Below are positions 8,376-17,429 of a DNA stretch of 32,000 bases, in pieces. The notes under the pieces were generated by a model. That model did no database searches. It saw only the letters and a list, made by a program, of their open reading frames with translations, and was not told where the DNA came from. Position numbers and translations under genes: made by a program. The first letter of the stretch is position 1. The number at the start of each line of letters is the position of its first letter. Origin of the DNA: Corynebacterium amycolatum (GTDB taxonomy: Bacteria; Actinomycetota; Actinomycetes; Mycobacteriales; Mycobacteriaceae); assembly GCF_049243625.1 (NCBI RefSeq), contig NZ_CP046975.1; one strand, given 5' to 3'.

Positions 8376-10603
8376 AGGAAGTAATGACCACCATCCCAAA
8401 TTTCGCTGACATCTCCCGCAACACCGACGACGCGGCAGCTGCCACCAACAAGGCAGCTGCCGCGGAAGCTGGTGAAGTGTGGACCATTCCAGAAGGCATC
8501 GACGTCAAGCGTGTCTACGATCGCGCTGACCGCGACGCCGCAGCTGCCGAGGGTCACCCGGTAGATTCTTTCCCGGGTATCGCCCCATTCATGCGCGGGC
8601 CGTACCCGACCATGTACACCAACCAGCCGTGGACTATTCGCCAGTACGCTGGTTTCTCCACCGCAGCTGAATCCAACGCCTTCTACCGCCGCAACCTCGC
8701 GGCCGGCCAGAAGGGTCTTTCGGTCGCTTTCGACCTGGCGACCCACCGCGGTTACGACTCGGACAACCCGCGTGTGTCCGGCGACGTCGGTATGGCCGGT
8801 GTGGCAATTGACTCGATTTACGACATGCGTGAGCTCTTCCAGGGCATTGACCTGGGCGGTGTCTCGGTGTCTATGACCATGAACGGCGCTGTGCTGCCGA
8901 TTCTGGCCTTCTACATTGTCACTGCTGAAGAGCAGGGCGTTTCGACTGAGCAACTGCGCGGTACGATCCAGAACGACATTCTCAAGGAGTTCATGGTTCG
9001 TAACACCTACATTTACCCGCCGAAGCCCTCGATGCGAATCATCTCTTCGATCTTCGAGTACACCTCGGCAAAAATGCCGAAATTCAACTCGATTTCGATT
9101 TCCGGCTACCACATTCAGGAAGCCGGCGCGACGGCCGACCTCGAGCTCGCTTACACGCTTGCCGACGGCATCGAGTACCTGCGGGCCGGTATTGACGCTG
9201 GCTTGGAAGTTGATAAGTTCGCTCCGCGTCTGTCCTTCTTCTGGGGCATCTCGATGAACACCTTCACCGAGATTGCCAAGCTGCGTGCAGGCCGTATCCT
9301 CTGGTCTGAGCTGGTTGGCAAGTTTGGTCCGAAGAACCCGAAGTCGCAGTCCCTGCGTACTCACTCGCAGACCTCCGGTTGGTCGCTGACCGCCCAGGAC
9401 GTCTACAACAACGTCGCTCGTACTGCTGTTGAGGCTATGGCCGCAACGCAGGGCCACACCCAGTCGCTGCACACCAACGCCCTGGACGAGGCCTTGGCAC
9501 TGCCGACTGACTTCTCGGCCCGTATTGCTCGTAACACTCAGCTGCTGCTCCAGCAGGAGTCCAACACCACGCGTCCGGTTGATCCGTGGGCTGGTTCCTA
9601 CTACATCGAGTGGTTGACCAACGAGCTGGTCAAGCGTGCACGCCAGCACATCGACGAGGTCGAAGAGGCTGGCGGTATGGCACAGGCCACTATCGAGGGC
9701 ATTCCGAAGCTCCGCATTGAAGAGGCGGCAGCTCGTACGCAGGCTCGTATTGACTCGGGGCGCCAGGCTCTCATTGGCGTGAATAAGTACCAGGTCGAAG
9801 AAGACGAGGCCATCGAGGTTCTCAAGGTTGAGAATTCCCGCGTACGCCAGGAGCAGATTGACAAGCTGGCTCGCCTGCGTGCCGAGCGCGACGAGGAAGA
9901 GGTTCAGAAGGCACTGGCCGCTCTGACCGACGCTTGCCGTAACCCGGGTGAACCGGGGGACCTGGACAAGAACCTGTTGAAGCTCGCTGTCGACTGTGCT
10001 CGCGCCATGGCCTCCATCGGTGAAATCTCCGACGCAATGGAAGAGGTCTTTGGCCGCCACCAGGCCGAGATTCGTACCCTCTCCGGCGTCTACAAGGACG
10101 AAGTTGGCAAGGAGGGTGCCGTGTCTAACGTCTCCAAGGCCATCGCCATGGCCGATAAGTTCGAAGAGCAGGAAGGTCGCCGTCCGCGTATCTTCCTGGC
10201 CAAGATGGGCCAGGATGGTCACGACCGCGGCCAGAAGGTCATCGCGTCCGCCTACGCGGACCTCGGCATGGACGTTGACGTGGGGCCGTTGTTCCAGACT
10301 CCGGAGGAGGCCGCCAAATCGGCAGTCGACTCGGATGTCCACGTCGTCGGTGTTTCTTCGCTAGCCGCCGGACACCTGACGCTCGTGCCTGCTCTTCGCG
10401 ATGAGCTGGCAAAGCTGGGTCGCGAGGACATCATGATTGTCGTCGGTGGTGTTATCCCACCGGGCGACTTCCAGGAACTCTACGATGCCGGCGCCGCGGC
10501 TATTTACCCGCCGGGCACTGTCATCGCTGATTCGGCAATCGACATGATGACCAAGCTCTCTGCCGAGCTGGGCCTCGACATTGCCGTTGACGAAGAGTCC
10601 TAA
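8372..10603 (+). CDS. mutB: Methylmalonyl-CoA mutase, large (alpha) catalytic subunit, adenosylcobalamin-dependent
   Basis: Conserved MCM blocks [23 protein letters not shown] and [13 protein letters not shown]-terminal B12-binding domain has GQDGHDRG (DxHxxG). Start is either GTG 8372, overlapping the mutA stop as GTGA, or ATG 8384. Confidence 0.95.
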   Translation: MKEVMTTIPNFADISRNTDDAAAATNKAAAAEAGEVWTIPEGIDVKRVYDRADRDAAAAEGHPVDSFPGIAPFMRGPYPTMYTNQPWTIRQYAGFSTAAESNAFYRRNLAAGQKGLSVAFDLATHRGYDSDNPRVSGDVGMAGVAIDSIYDMRELFQGIDLGGVSVSMTMNGAVLPILAFYIVTAEEQGVSTEQLRGTIQNDILKEFMVRNTYIYPPKPSMRIISSIFEYTSAKMPKFNSISISGYHIQEAGATADLELAYTLADGIEYLRAGIDAGLEVDKFAPRLSFFWGISMNTFTEIAKLRAGRILWSELVGKFGPKNPKSQSLRTHSQTSGWSLTAQDVYNNVARTAVEAMAATQGHTQSLHTNALDEALALPTDFSARIARNTQLLLQQESNTTRPVDPWAGSYYIEWLTNELVKRARQHIDEVEEAGGMAQATIEGIPKLRIEEAAARTQARIDSGRQALIGVNKYQVEEDEAIEVLKVENSRVRQEQIDKLARLRAERDEEEVQKALAALTDACRNPGEPGDLDKNLLKLAVDCARAMASIGEISDAMEEVFGRHQAEIRTLSGVYKDEVGKEGAVSNVSKAIAMADKFEEQEGRRPRIFLAKMGQDGHDRGQKVIASAYADLGMDVDVGPLFQTPEEAAKSAVDSDVHVVGVSSLAAGHLTLVPALRDELAKLGREDIMIVVGGVIPPGDFQELYDAGAAAIYPPGTVIADSAIDMMTKLSAELGLDIAVDEES

Positions 10604-10616
10604 TTAACTACCGCAT

Positions 10617-10648
10617 ACGCGCTGAGCTGAGCGTTCAGCTCAGCGCGT
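10617..10648 (+). terminator. Perfect 14-bp-stem/4-nt-loop hairpin between mutB and meaB (attenuator, RNA-stability element or protein-binding palindrome)
   Basis: acgcgctgagctga-gcgt-tcagctcagcgcgt with no mismatch. No U-tract follows it (tgtcggaatt), so it is not a canonical intrinsic terminator. Confidence 0.5.
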
Positions 10649-10669
10649 TGTCGGAATTGAGAAGTAGCG

Positions 10670-11782
10670 ATGAACGAGTTTCTTGAAGAAAACCTGGGCA
10701 CCCTCGTCACTACCGCTGGCACGGTTGTTGAGGGAAAGACCGCTGTAGCTCCCGAAGTCGTCCGTCGTGCGCGACGACGGATAGATGTCGACGACCTCTT
10801 TGAGGGCGTGCGAGCTGGGAACCGCACTAAGTTGGCTCGGGCGATCACGCTGTTGGAGTCGACTGCTCCGGCGCATAAGGTGCTGGCTCAGGAACTACTG
10901 GTGAAGTTGCTGCCATTTTCCGGAAAGGCTATGCGTGTCGGTCTTACCGGTGTCCCCGGCGTCGGTAAATCAACCACGATTGAAACCCTTGGGCTGAAGT
11001 TGATCGAGGAGGGCCACCGCGTTGCAGTGCTGGCCATCGACCCGTCGTCAACGAAGTCCGGTGGTTCGATTCTGGGCGATAAGACCCGTATGTCCCGGCT
11101 CTCGGCCGCGGATGAAGCCTTCATCCGTCCGTCGCCTTCTGCGGGCACGCTCGGTGGTGTCGCCAAGGCAACGCGTGAGGCCATGGTGGTGCTCGAAGCC
11201 GCAGGCTACGACATTGTCATCGTCGAGACTGTCGGCGTCGGCCAGTCCGAGGTCGCGGTGGCACAGATGGTGGATACGTTTGCGTTTCTGGCACTCGCCG
11301 GCGCTGGTGACCAACTCCAGGGCATCAAGAAGGGTGTGCTGGAAATGGCCGACGTGATTTCTATCAACAAGGCGGATGGTAAGAACCTGCGCCCGGCAAA
11401 ACGCGCTGCGCGTGACCTGATGACCGCCATGAAGATGGTGCGTTCCTCAGATCAAGTCTGGACTCCACCGGTGCTGACTATGTCGGCATTGGAAGACGAC
11501 GGCATCGACAAGTTCTGGCAAGCCATCGAAGACCATGTCGAGGCTATGCACGAGAATCATCTCTTCGATGAAAACCGCGCTAACCAGCAGATTAAGTGGA
11601 TGTGGTCCATGGTGCACGAAACGCTCTTGCAGCGACTCAACACCAACGAGGCTGTGCAGATAGAGAGTTCCCTGGTGGAAAAACAACTCCGCTCGGGGCA
11701 GCTCACACCGACGCTCGCTGCCCAGCGCATCATGGAGGCATTCGACAAAGGAAGGGCACCGAACGCCGGGCTCGACGATTAG
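10670..11782 (+). CDS. meaB: Methylmalonyl-CoA mutase-associated G-protein chaperone (MeaB/ArgK)
   Basis: P-loop GVPGVGKST, the segment VETVGVGQSE and the NKAD motif are present. It lies directly downstream of mutAB. Confidence 0.92.
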   Translation: MNEFLEENLGTLVTTAGTVVEGKTAVAPEVVRRARRRIDVDDLFEGVRAGNRTKLARAITLLESTAPAHKVLAQELLVKLLPFSGKAMRVGLTGVPGVGKSTTIETLGLKLIEEGHRVAVLAIDPSSTKSGGSILGDKTRMSRLSAADEAFIRPSPSAGTLGGVAKATREAMVVLEAAGYDIVIVETVGVGQSEVAVAQMVDTFAFLALAGAGDQLQGIKKGVLEMADVISINKADGKNLRPAKRAARDLMTAMKMVRSSDQVWTPPVLTMSALEDDGIDKFWQAIEDHVEAMHENHLFDENRANQQIKWMWSMVHETLLQRLNTNEAVQIESSLVEKQLRSGQLTPTLAAQRIMEAFDKGRAPNAGLDD

Positions 11783-11939
11783 GTCCTGAACAACGTAGCT
11801 CCCACCAGCGAGTCCAATTCCTAGCCGCGCGGATGGGAAACTAGCAGCGTCAAAGAGAAGCAACCCTGCGATCACTTATCGGAGTCTGTCCGGTTGGGTC
11901 GCGGGGTTTTCGTCGTAAAGCGAGCGTATCCGTGTGCGC

Positions 11940-12272
11940 CTACTGACCGCGGTGATGGGGCGGATCGCTGTAGAGAGTGTGTTCGGCGAAGTGGAGAGCG
12001 TTGACCACCAGGTTGGTGAGGTGCTCGTCGGGCTGAGAATAGAAGCTAGACGTGCCCTCCTTGCGAGCCTGCACCATATTGGCCATGCGCAACTTCGCCA
12101 GGTGCTGAGAAATCGCGGGAATGGGGCGATCGAGCGCACTAGCGATGGCGGTGACGGTCATCTCCCCGTCACGAAGGAGTGACAGGATGGAGAGACGCGT
12201 CTTGTCCGCCATCAACTTCAGTACGTTAGTGGCAACGTCGAGCTCGGTGCTCGTAGGAGCCTTCTCAGTCAT
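11940..12272 (-). CDS. ArsR/SmtB-family transcriptional regulator
   Basis: The winged-HTH signature LKLMADKTRLSILSLLRDGEMTVTAIASALDRPIPAISQHLAKLRMANMV is present. I prefer the ATG at 12272 (MTEKAP) over the TTG at 12308. Confidence 0.85.
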   Translation of the reverse strand: MTEKAPTSTELDVATNVLKLMADKTRLSILSLLRDGEMTVTAIASALDRPIPAISQHLAKLRMANMVQARKEGTSSFYSQPDEHLTNLVVNALHFAEHTLYSDPPHHRGQ

Positions 12273-12317
12273 TTGGAGGGGTAAGTCCTTTCGAAGTCGA
12301 CATGCCAAACACTTAGT

Positions 12318-12337
12318 ATGTTCAATAAGGTGAACAT
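12318..12337. promoter_or_regulatory. Candidate ArsR/SmtB operator: ATGTTCA-N6-TGAACAT
   Basis: Perfect 7-6-7 inverted repeat 46 bp upstream of the ArsR ATG, in the AT-rich divergent region shared with cls. The TGAACA/TGTTCA half-sites resemble known SmtB-family operators. Confidence 0.45.
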
Positions 12338-12460
12338 TACTACGTATTGATATCAGTATTCAATTTCAGATGTCACAATAAGCTGTCGCAAAAGAGGGGA
12401 GAGCGCTCCTAAGGGACAGCGACCAAAGGTACTGAAAATTCCTTCAGTAATATCATCTGC

Positions 12461-13954
12461 ATGGATTGGTTGATGAGCGCCTTCCCATGGCTGGTGGAGG
12501 ACTTAACGTGGTGGCAAGTACTATTCTTCGCGCTCGACTACACGATTAAGTTCATCGCGATTGGATGGGTGCCGGAAAACCGAAGCCCATCGGCTTCGAC
12601 GGCGTGGCTGCTACTGATTCTGCTAATTCCATTTATCGGCCTACCTCTGTTCCTCTTCCTGGGCTCGCAGCAGATCACGGGCCGCCGGCACGAGGTACAG
12701 GCACTGGCACAGGAGCTCATTGCGGAACGTACCGAGCATCTGCCCGACGTACCGGACGATGCCAAGATAGAAGATGACGTTGTCAACGTATTCAAGCTCT
12801 CGCGTCAGCTCACGGGAATGCCGGCAATTGCCAGCGCGGAAAAGGGACTTTTCACCGAATTCGATGCCTCCATTGACCGCATGATTGAGACCATCGATGC
12901 GGCTCAGAAATCTATCCACGTGCAGTCCTACATCTTTGCACTGGATTCCAGCACGGAGCCTTTCATACAGGCTCTCGAGCGCGCGCTCGACAGGGGACTA
13001 GAGGTCAAGGTACTGGTCGATCCAATTGGTTCGTGGAAATACCCCGGCTACTACAAGCTGAAAAAACGCCTGAACCAGTCCAAAATCTCCTGGCACCCAA
13101 TGCTGCCCGTGAGCTTACTGAAGCTCACCTGGCGCCGCCTGGATCTGCGTAATCACCGCAAGCTCGTAGTGATTGATGGCGACATTGTATTCATGGGCTC
13201 GCAGAATTTGATTGAGCCCGAATATCAGAAGAAAAAGAATCATAAGATCGGCCGCCGCTGGGTGGACACATGGATTGAGCTCGAGGGCGATATTGCGCTG
13301 GCCTTCGACGCAATTTTTGCGGTTGATTGGACCAGCGAGCTATACAAGACCCCAGATGCCACCAGGAACTATTCACTCCACACCACTGAGGTCAACGACA
13401 ACTACAACGTGGTCCAGGTGCTGCCGTCGGGTCCGGGCTTCAGCACGGAGCCGAACCTGCGCGTGTTCAATAACATGATCTACCAGGCGCACGAGCGGAT
13501 TATCGCCGTCAGCCCGTACTTCGTCCCGGACGAGTCCATGCTCATGGCGCTGACCTCCGCCGCATATGGAGGTATCGACGTTCAGCTCTACGTTAACGAA
13601 GAGTCCGATCAGTTCATGGTCGGCCACGCGCAGCAGTCCTATTACCAGGCACTGCTAACCGCTGGCGTGAAGATTTATCGCTATCCGGCGCCTGCCGTCC
13701 TGCACTCCAAGTTCATGGTTATCGACGACCGCATGGCCATGTTCGGCTCGTCCAATCTAGATATGCGCTCCTTCGGCCTCAATTACGAGATCACGCTTCT
13801 TTCCGCCGCCGGTTCCATCGTGGACAAACTGATCACGCTTGCCGACGAGTACCGCGACAAATCCCTCCTGCTCACCCAGGAGGAATGGAATGACCGCCCC
13901 CTTCGCCAGCGCTACCTGGACTCTGTTTTCCGCTTGACCTCGGCGCTGCAATAG
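12461..13954 (+). CDS. cls: Cardiolipin synthase (PLD superfamily)
   Basis: Two N-terminal TM helices and two HKD motifs (HRKLVVIDG..GSQN and HSKFMVIDD..GSSN); 497 aa. Confidence 0.9.
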   Translation: MDWLMSAFPWLVEDLTWWQVLFFALDYTIKFIAIGWVPENRSPSASTAWLLLILLIPFIGLPLFLFLGSQQITGRRHEVQALAQELIAERTEHLPDVPDDAKIEDDVVNVFKLSRQLTGMPAIASAEKGLFTEFDASIDRMIETIDAAQKSIHVQSYIFALDSSTEPFIQALERALDRGLEVKVLVDPIGSWKYPGYYKLKKRLNQSKISWHPMLPVSLLKLTWRRLDLRNHRKLVVIDGDIVFMGSQNLIEPEYQKKKNHKIGRRWVDTWIELEGDIALAFDAIFAVDWTSELYKTPDATRNYSLHTTEVNDNYNVVQVLPSGPGFSTEPNLRVFNNMIYQAHERIIAVSPYFVPDESMLMALTSAAYGGIDVQLYVNEESDQFMVGHAQQSYYQALLTAGVKIYRYPAPAVLHSKFMVIDDRMAMFGSSNLDMRSFGLNYEITLLSAAGSIVDKLITLADEYRDKSLLLTQEEWNDRPLRQRYLDSVFRLTSALQ

Positions 13955-13987
13955 GGCACTACCATAGAGGTCCGCCAGAAAACACAA

Positions 13988-14027
13988 AAATCCCGAGAGC
14001 TGCATTTACTGCAGTTTCTCGGGATTT
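13988..14027. terminator. Bidirectional intrinsic terminator between cls and tRNA-Leu
   Basis: 11-bp stem aaatcccgaga/tctcgggattt with an inner ctgca/tgcag extension. It is flanked by an A-run upstream and a T-run downstream, so it can serve both strands. Confidence 0.7.
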
Positions 14028-14033
14028 ATCTTG

Positions 14034-14119
14034 TGTCCGGAGGGGGACTTGAACCCCCACGCCCGTTAATAGGGCACTAGCACCTCAAGCTAGCGCGTCT
14101 GCCATTCCGCCACCCGGAC
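14034..14119 (-). tRNA. tRNA-Leu (anticodon GAG), class II with long variable arm; CCA not encoded
   Basis: Manual cloverleaf. Acceptor stem GTCCGGG/TCCGGAC. Anticodon stem CTAGC/GCTAG with loop TTGAGGT. Variable arm GCCC...GGGC. T-arm GGGGG-TTCAAGT-CCCCC. Confidence 0.9.
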
Positions 14120-14345
14120 CGGGTAGGAAGCACTTCCGTGCTGACCTGTGATACTGTATCCCGACTACATAATGAAACACAAATTGGCAGGTCATCGTGG
14201 TATTAAGGTGCCAAACCGGGGTGTAATTACATCTCCGTTGTTAGCCCCGCATCCGCCTTGGATTCACGCTGAGAATCCGGCACTGAGGATAGGCAGTCTG
14301 GCGAAGTCCCTGCAGCGCGCTCATAAAGTAGGCACACTGGTAGTT

Positions 14346-14918
14346 ATGACTACGAATTCCAACGACACCACAAACAACGCTACAAATGCTCCGGTTTTCC
14401 CGGGCCCGGATCCGTACGCACCGCTGAAGGATTTGCCAACCTTCGAGCTGTCCTCGCCAGATATCAAGGATGGCGAGAAGATTGCGGATGAATTCCGCGC
14501 TCCGTCGAATGTTTCCCCGCAGTTGGATTGGGCCAATCTGCCGGAGGGCACGAAGTCCATTGCCGTGACCTGCTTCGATCCGGACGCCCCGACCGCTTCG
14601 GGCTTCTGGCACTGGGCTGTGTTCAACATTCCAGCGACCGAAAAGGGTCTACCACAGGGAGCTGGCTCCGAAGACAGCTCTAAGCTGCCAGACGGTGCTA
14701 TCCAGCTTGTCGGCGACTCTGGCATGCGTGGTCACTACGGAGCTAACCCACCGGCGCAGCATGCCCCACACCGTTACATGTACGCGGTGCACGCGGTCGA
14801 CGTCGAGAAGCTTGATGTTCCGGAAGATGCGACGCCGACAGTGCTTGGCTTCAACCTGTATTTCCACTCGATTGCGCGTGCCATCATCACGCCGTGGTGG
14901 GAGAACGTCGGGGAGTAG
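14346..14918 (+). CDS. PEBP/YbhB-family protein (Mtb Rv2140c/TB18.6-like)
   Basis: The segments DPDAPTASGFWHWAVFNIP and HRYMYAVHAVDVEKLDVPEDATP are typical of bacterial PEBP. Start is ATG 14346 (MTTNSND), chosen by comparison with remembered homolog N-termini; the upstream in-frame extension looks spurious. Confidence 0.85.
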   Translation: MTTNSNDTTNNATNAPVFPGPDPYAPLKDLPTFELSSPDIKDGEKIADEFRAPSNVSPQLDWANLPEGTKSIAVTCFDPDAPTASGFWHWAVFNIPATEKGLPQGAGSEDSSKLPDGAIQLVGDSGMRGHYGANPPAQHAPHRYMYAVHAVDVEKLDVPEDATPTVLGFNLYFHSIARAIITPWWENVGE

Positions 14919-14974
14919 GGATACGACGCCCACACGGGCAACTCAACCGCCCGGGCACGCTACTCATACAGAAA

Positions 14975-15014
14975 ACCCCGGGGCCAGCGCCTTCATGGCA
15001 GCAGGACCCGGGGT
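14975..15014. terminator. Possible bidirectional terminator between PEBP gene and pyrD
   Basis: 8-bp GC-rich stem accccggg/cccggggt around a 24-nt loop. AAAA precedes it and GTTTATT follows shortly after. Confidence 0.4.
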
Positions 15015-15056
15015 CGCGTGTTTATTGGGTTAAAAAGCCTCAACGGCTCTCAGCAG

Positions 15057-16157
15057 TTAACCACGCCACGGCAGGCCACAGCCGACAGCCTCCGAAATGG
15101 AGTAGAAGCCCTGAGCTCGAATCTGGCGAGCCAACCCTTGGTGAATGTCACGAATCCAGTCTGGACCGCCATAAATCAACGGTGTGTAGCCCTGCAGCAG
15201 GGAAGCGCCGTTGGCAATCCGTTCCCATGCCTGCTCAGCAGTCTCGATGCCGCCGACGCTGATGAGAACAAGTTTGTCCCCGACGCGCTCGTGCAGCAGC
15301 TTCAGTACCTCTAGTGACCGAGCTGCCACAGGTGCACCCGAGACTCCACCGGCACCCATCTCCGCGACTTTATCCGCGGGCGTACGCAGGCCCTCGCGAG
15401 AAATGGTGGTGTTGGTTGCCACAATGCCCGCCAGCCCCAGATCAACAGCCAGGTCAGCAACTGCAATGACATCCGCGTCGGAGAGATCAGGAGCGATCTT
15501 GACCAGCACCGGCGAGTCGGTCTCCTCAGTCACCGCTGCCAGAATCGGCCGCAGGGACTCTACCGCCTGAAGGTCACGCAGCCCCGGCGTGTTCGGTGAG
15601 GAGACATTGACAACCACATAGTCCGCCAAGCCTCCGAGCTGGCTGGCCGATTCTCGATAGTCATCGACGGCCTCTTCGAGCGGAGTTACCTTGGTCTTGC
15701 CAATGTTGATACCGATGACGTCGTCGCTGCGACGCGCCCGCAGGTTCTCCGCTACAGCGGCGGCACCGGGGTTGTTGAAACCCATGCGGTTCAAGATGGC
15801 GCGGTCTTCCTTCAGGCGGAACAGACGCGGGCGATCATTGCCCGGCTGCGGCTTGGCAGTCACGGTTCCCAGTTCCGCGTAGCCAAAACCAATGGGTCCC
15901 CAGCAATCCGGGGCAATAGCAGCCTTGTCGAAGCCCGCGGCGAGCCCCAGCGGACGCGGGAAGTCCACACCGAACACGGTTTGACGCAGCACAGCATCGT
16001 CAACAACGAGTAGCTTGCTCACTGCCCGCTGAAGACTCTCCGACTTCTGCAGCCCCTTCAGGGTCTTCGAGATGGCCTCGTGAATCTGCTCTGCCGGGAC
16101 CTGGAACATTGCCTTTAGCGCGAGTTGATAGGACTTGGCGCGAAGTTTCGAAGGCAT
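15057..16157 (-). CDS. pyrD: Dihydroorotate dehydrogenase (quinone), class 2
   Basis: The segments [26 protein letters not shown] and [12 protein letters not shown] are present, with an N-terminal extension typical of membrane-associated class 2 enzymes. Confidence 0.93.
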   Translation of the reverse strand: MPSKLRAKSYQLALKAMFQVPAEQIHEAISKTLKGLQKSESLQRAVSKLLVVDDAVLRQTVFGVDFPRPLGLAAGFDKAAIAPDCWGPIGFGYAELGTVTAKPQPGNDRPRLFRLKEDRAILNRMGFNNPGAAAVAENLRARRSDDVIGINIGKTKVTPLEEAVDDYRESASQLGGLADYVVVNVSSPNTPGLRDLQAVESLRPILAAVTEETDSPVLVKIAPDLSDADVIAVADLAVDLGLAGIVATNTTISREGLRTPADKVAEMGAGGVSGAPVAARSLEVLKLLHERVGDKLVLISVGGIETAEQAWERIANGASLLQGYTPLIYGGPDWIRDIHQGLARQIRAQGFYSISEAVGCGLPWRG

Positions 16158-17321
16158 CTACTTAGTCTCTCCCTCGGAGTCGTCTGCTCCCTTGGTGTCA
16201 CCTGCACCGGTCGGTAGTTTATCGGCTGGCTCCCGAACCGACATCTCCTCACGGATTTTCTCTGCATCCTGCTTGAAATCAGCAATTGCCTTATCGACGT
16301 CCGCGGAGTCAAAAATCTGAGCCCCGTCACCGGTAGCTGAGAAGACGCCAATTTGGCCATCCTCGGTGGCAACAATCGACTGCGGGTCTGCAACCGTGTT
16401 GATGTCCGCGACCTTGACTGGGGTACCCGAGCTGATGTCGTAGCCAGTCAGCTTGTTCACCTTCGTCGAAGTCACCCAGACAATTCCGCGCGATTCATCG
16501 ACTGCTACCGCCCACGGGGCCTCCGGAGCCGGAGCTGCCTGGTGGAGCCGAATGACGTCAGTGGCAGTGTAGATAAGCAGCTGGCTGCCCTTGGTGTCTG
16601 CGGCAGCGATGGCATGGTCACCGGACGCCACCTTGCCGACGCCAATGCCCGCACGCAGCGCAGAGCCAGCACGAGACTCATCGAGCTTGAGCTCATGCAC
16701 CGAAGTTTCCGGGCGGTTGACCTCTAACAGCTTGACGTCCGCGTCATTGTCCGCTTTGGGAATCACAGCGAACTGCGAACCGTTATTGGCAGCCTTGAAG
16801 TCACTGGCCAACTCGCCGTCAGCGCCGAACACATCGACCACATTGCTATCCGCATGGGCACCGATGATGCGGCCGCCTTCCAGGCCAACTGCGGCGGAGT
16901 AGTTGGTGCCACGGCCAACAACGGCCGTTTCCGTAGCCTGGTCAGTAATGACATGGATGCCATCTTCACACGGCAGCAGAGCATTAGGGCCGCCCGGCGC
17001 GAGCTCGCCACACTTCGCGCCCAGCTTCATCGAACGCTCGATTGGGTTATTCAGCGGACCGGCAAAAATCTTGTCCCCGGCCTTCAGGACAACTCGATCG
17101 CCGACCAGCACGGCATCAGTGATGCCCTCATCGATCTTTTTGGCTTTCCCGATAGCAGTATCGGGAGCAGCGGGTGAAGCGGCCGGTACTGGCGTGGCGT
17201 TGCCCATTCCGGCATCGATGTCTCCTTCCACATCGGAGGAGCACCCTGCCAGGACCACTGCGCTAGCGGAAAGCCCCGCTAGAAGGGAGGTTATGACACG
17301 TCGACGACTGTTTTCACTCAC
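16158..17321 (-). CDS. Lipoprotein with beta-propeller-like repeats (LppL-like), possible Tat signal
   Basis: GTG start. Signal peptide MSENSRRRVITSLLAGLSASAVVLAGC has a lipobox (LAGC) and an RRR motif. Repetitive strand-rich body. Its stop TAG (16158..16160) directly abuts the pyrD ATG. Confidence 0.8.
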   Translation of the reverse strand: MSENSRRRVITSLLAGLSASAVVLAGCSSDVEGDIDAGMGNATPVPAASPAAPDTAIGKAKKIDEGITDAVLVGDRVVLKAGDKIFAGPLNNPIERSMKLGAKCGELAPGGPNALLPCEDGIHVITDQATETAVVGRGTNYSAAVGLEGGRIIGAHADSNVVDVFGADGELASDFKAANNGSQFAVIPKADNDADVKLLEVNRPETSVHELKLDESRAGSALRAGIGVGKVASGDHAIAAADTKGSQLLIYTATDVIRLHQAAPAPEAPWAVAVDESRGIVWVTSTKVNKLTGYDISSGTPVKVADINTVADPQSIVATEDGQIGVFSATGDGAQIFDSADVDKAIADFKQDAEKIREEMSVREPADKLPTGAGDTKGADDSEGETK

Positions 17322-17429
17322 GCTATAGAAACTACCACCCCGGCCGGATTACTTTGTGGACGCCTCCAGCCGTGGGAGGTTCTCGCATTCGTTGCGCTTT
17401 ATAAGCCTTTATAAGAATGCGGTTACTGA

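Noticed and set aside
7685-10342. An 885-aa antisense ORF spanning mutA/mutB, plus antisense ORFs 6507..7436 and 7536..8399.
   Set aside because: The 885-aa ORF is codon-aligned with mutB, and the other two are codon-aligned with mutA. In that register, antisense stops can only arise from sense codons TTA, CTA or TCA, which these GC3-biased genes avoid. The predicted proteins are low-complexity Arg/Gly/Val/Ala-rich with no motifs. This is a codon-bias artefact.
14222-14231. A perfect 10-bp palindrome TGTAATTACA in the tRNA/PEBP spacer.
   Set aside because: It is short and AT-rich, matches no regulator consensus I know, and is plausibly a chance or promoter-associated sequence.
14034-14345. 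tRNA-Leu as a possible integration site for a genomic island or prophage remnant.
   Set aside because: There is no integrase or recombinase. I found no direct repeat of the tRNA 3' end elsewhere in the window, and the flanking genes are housekeeping.
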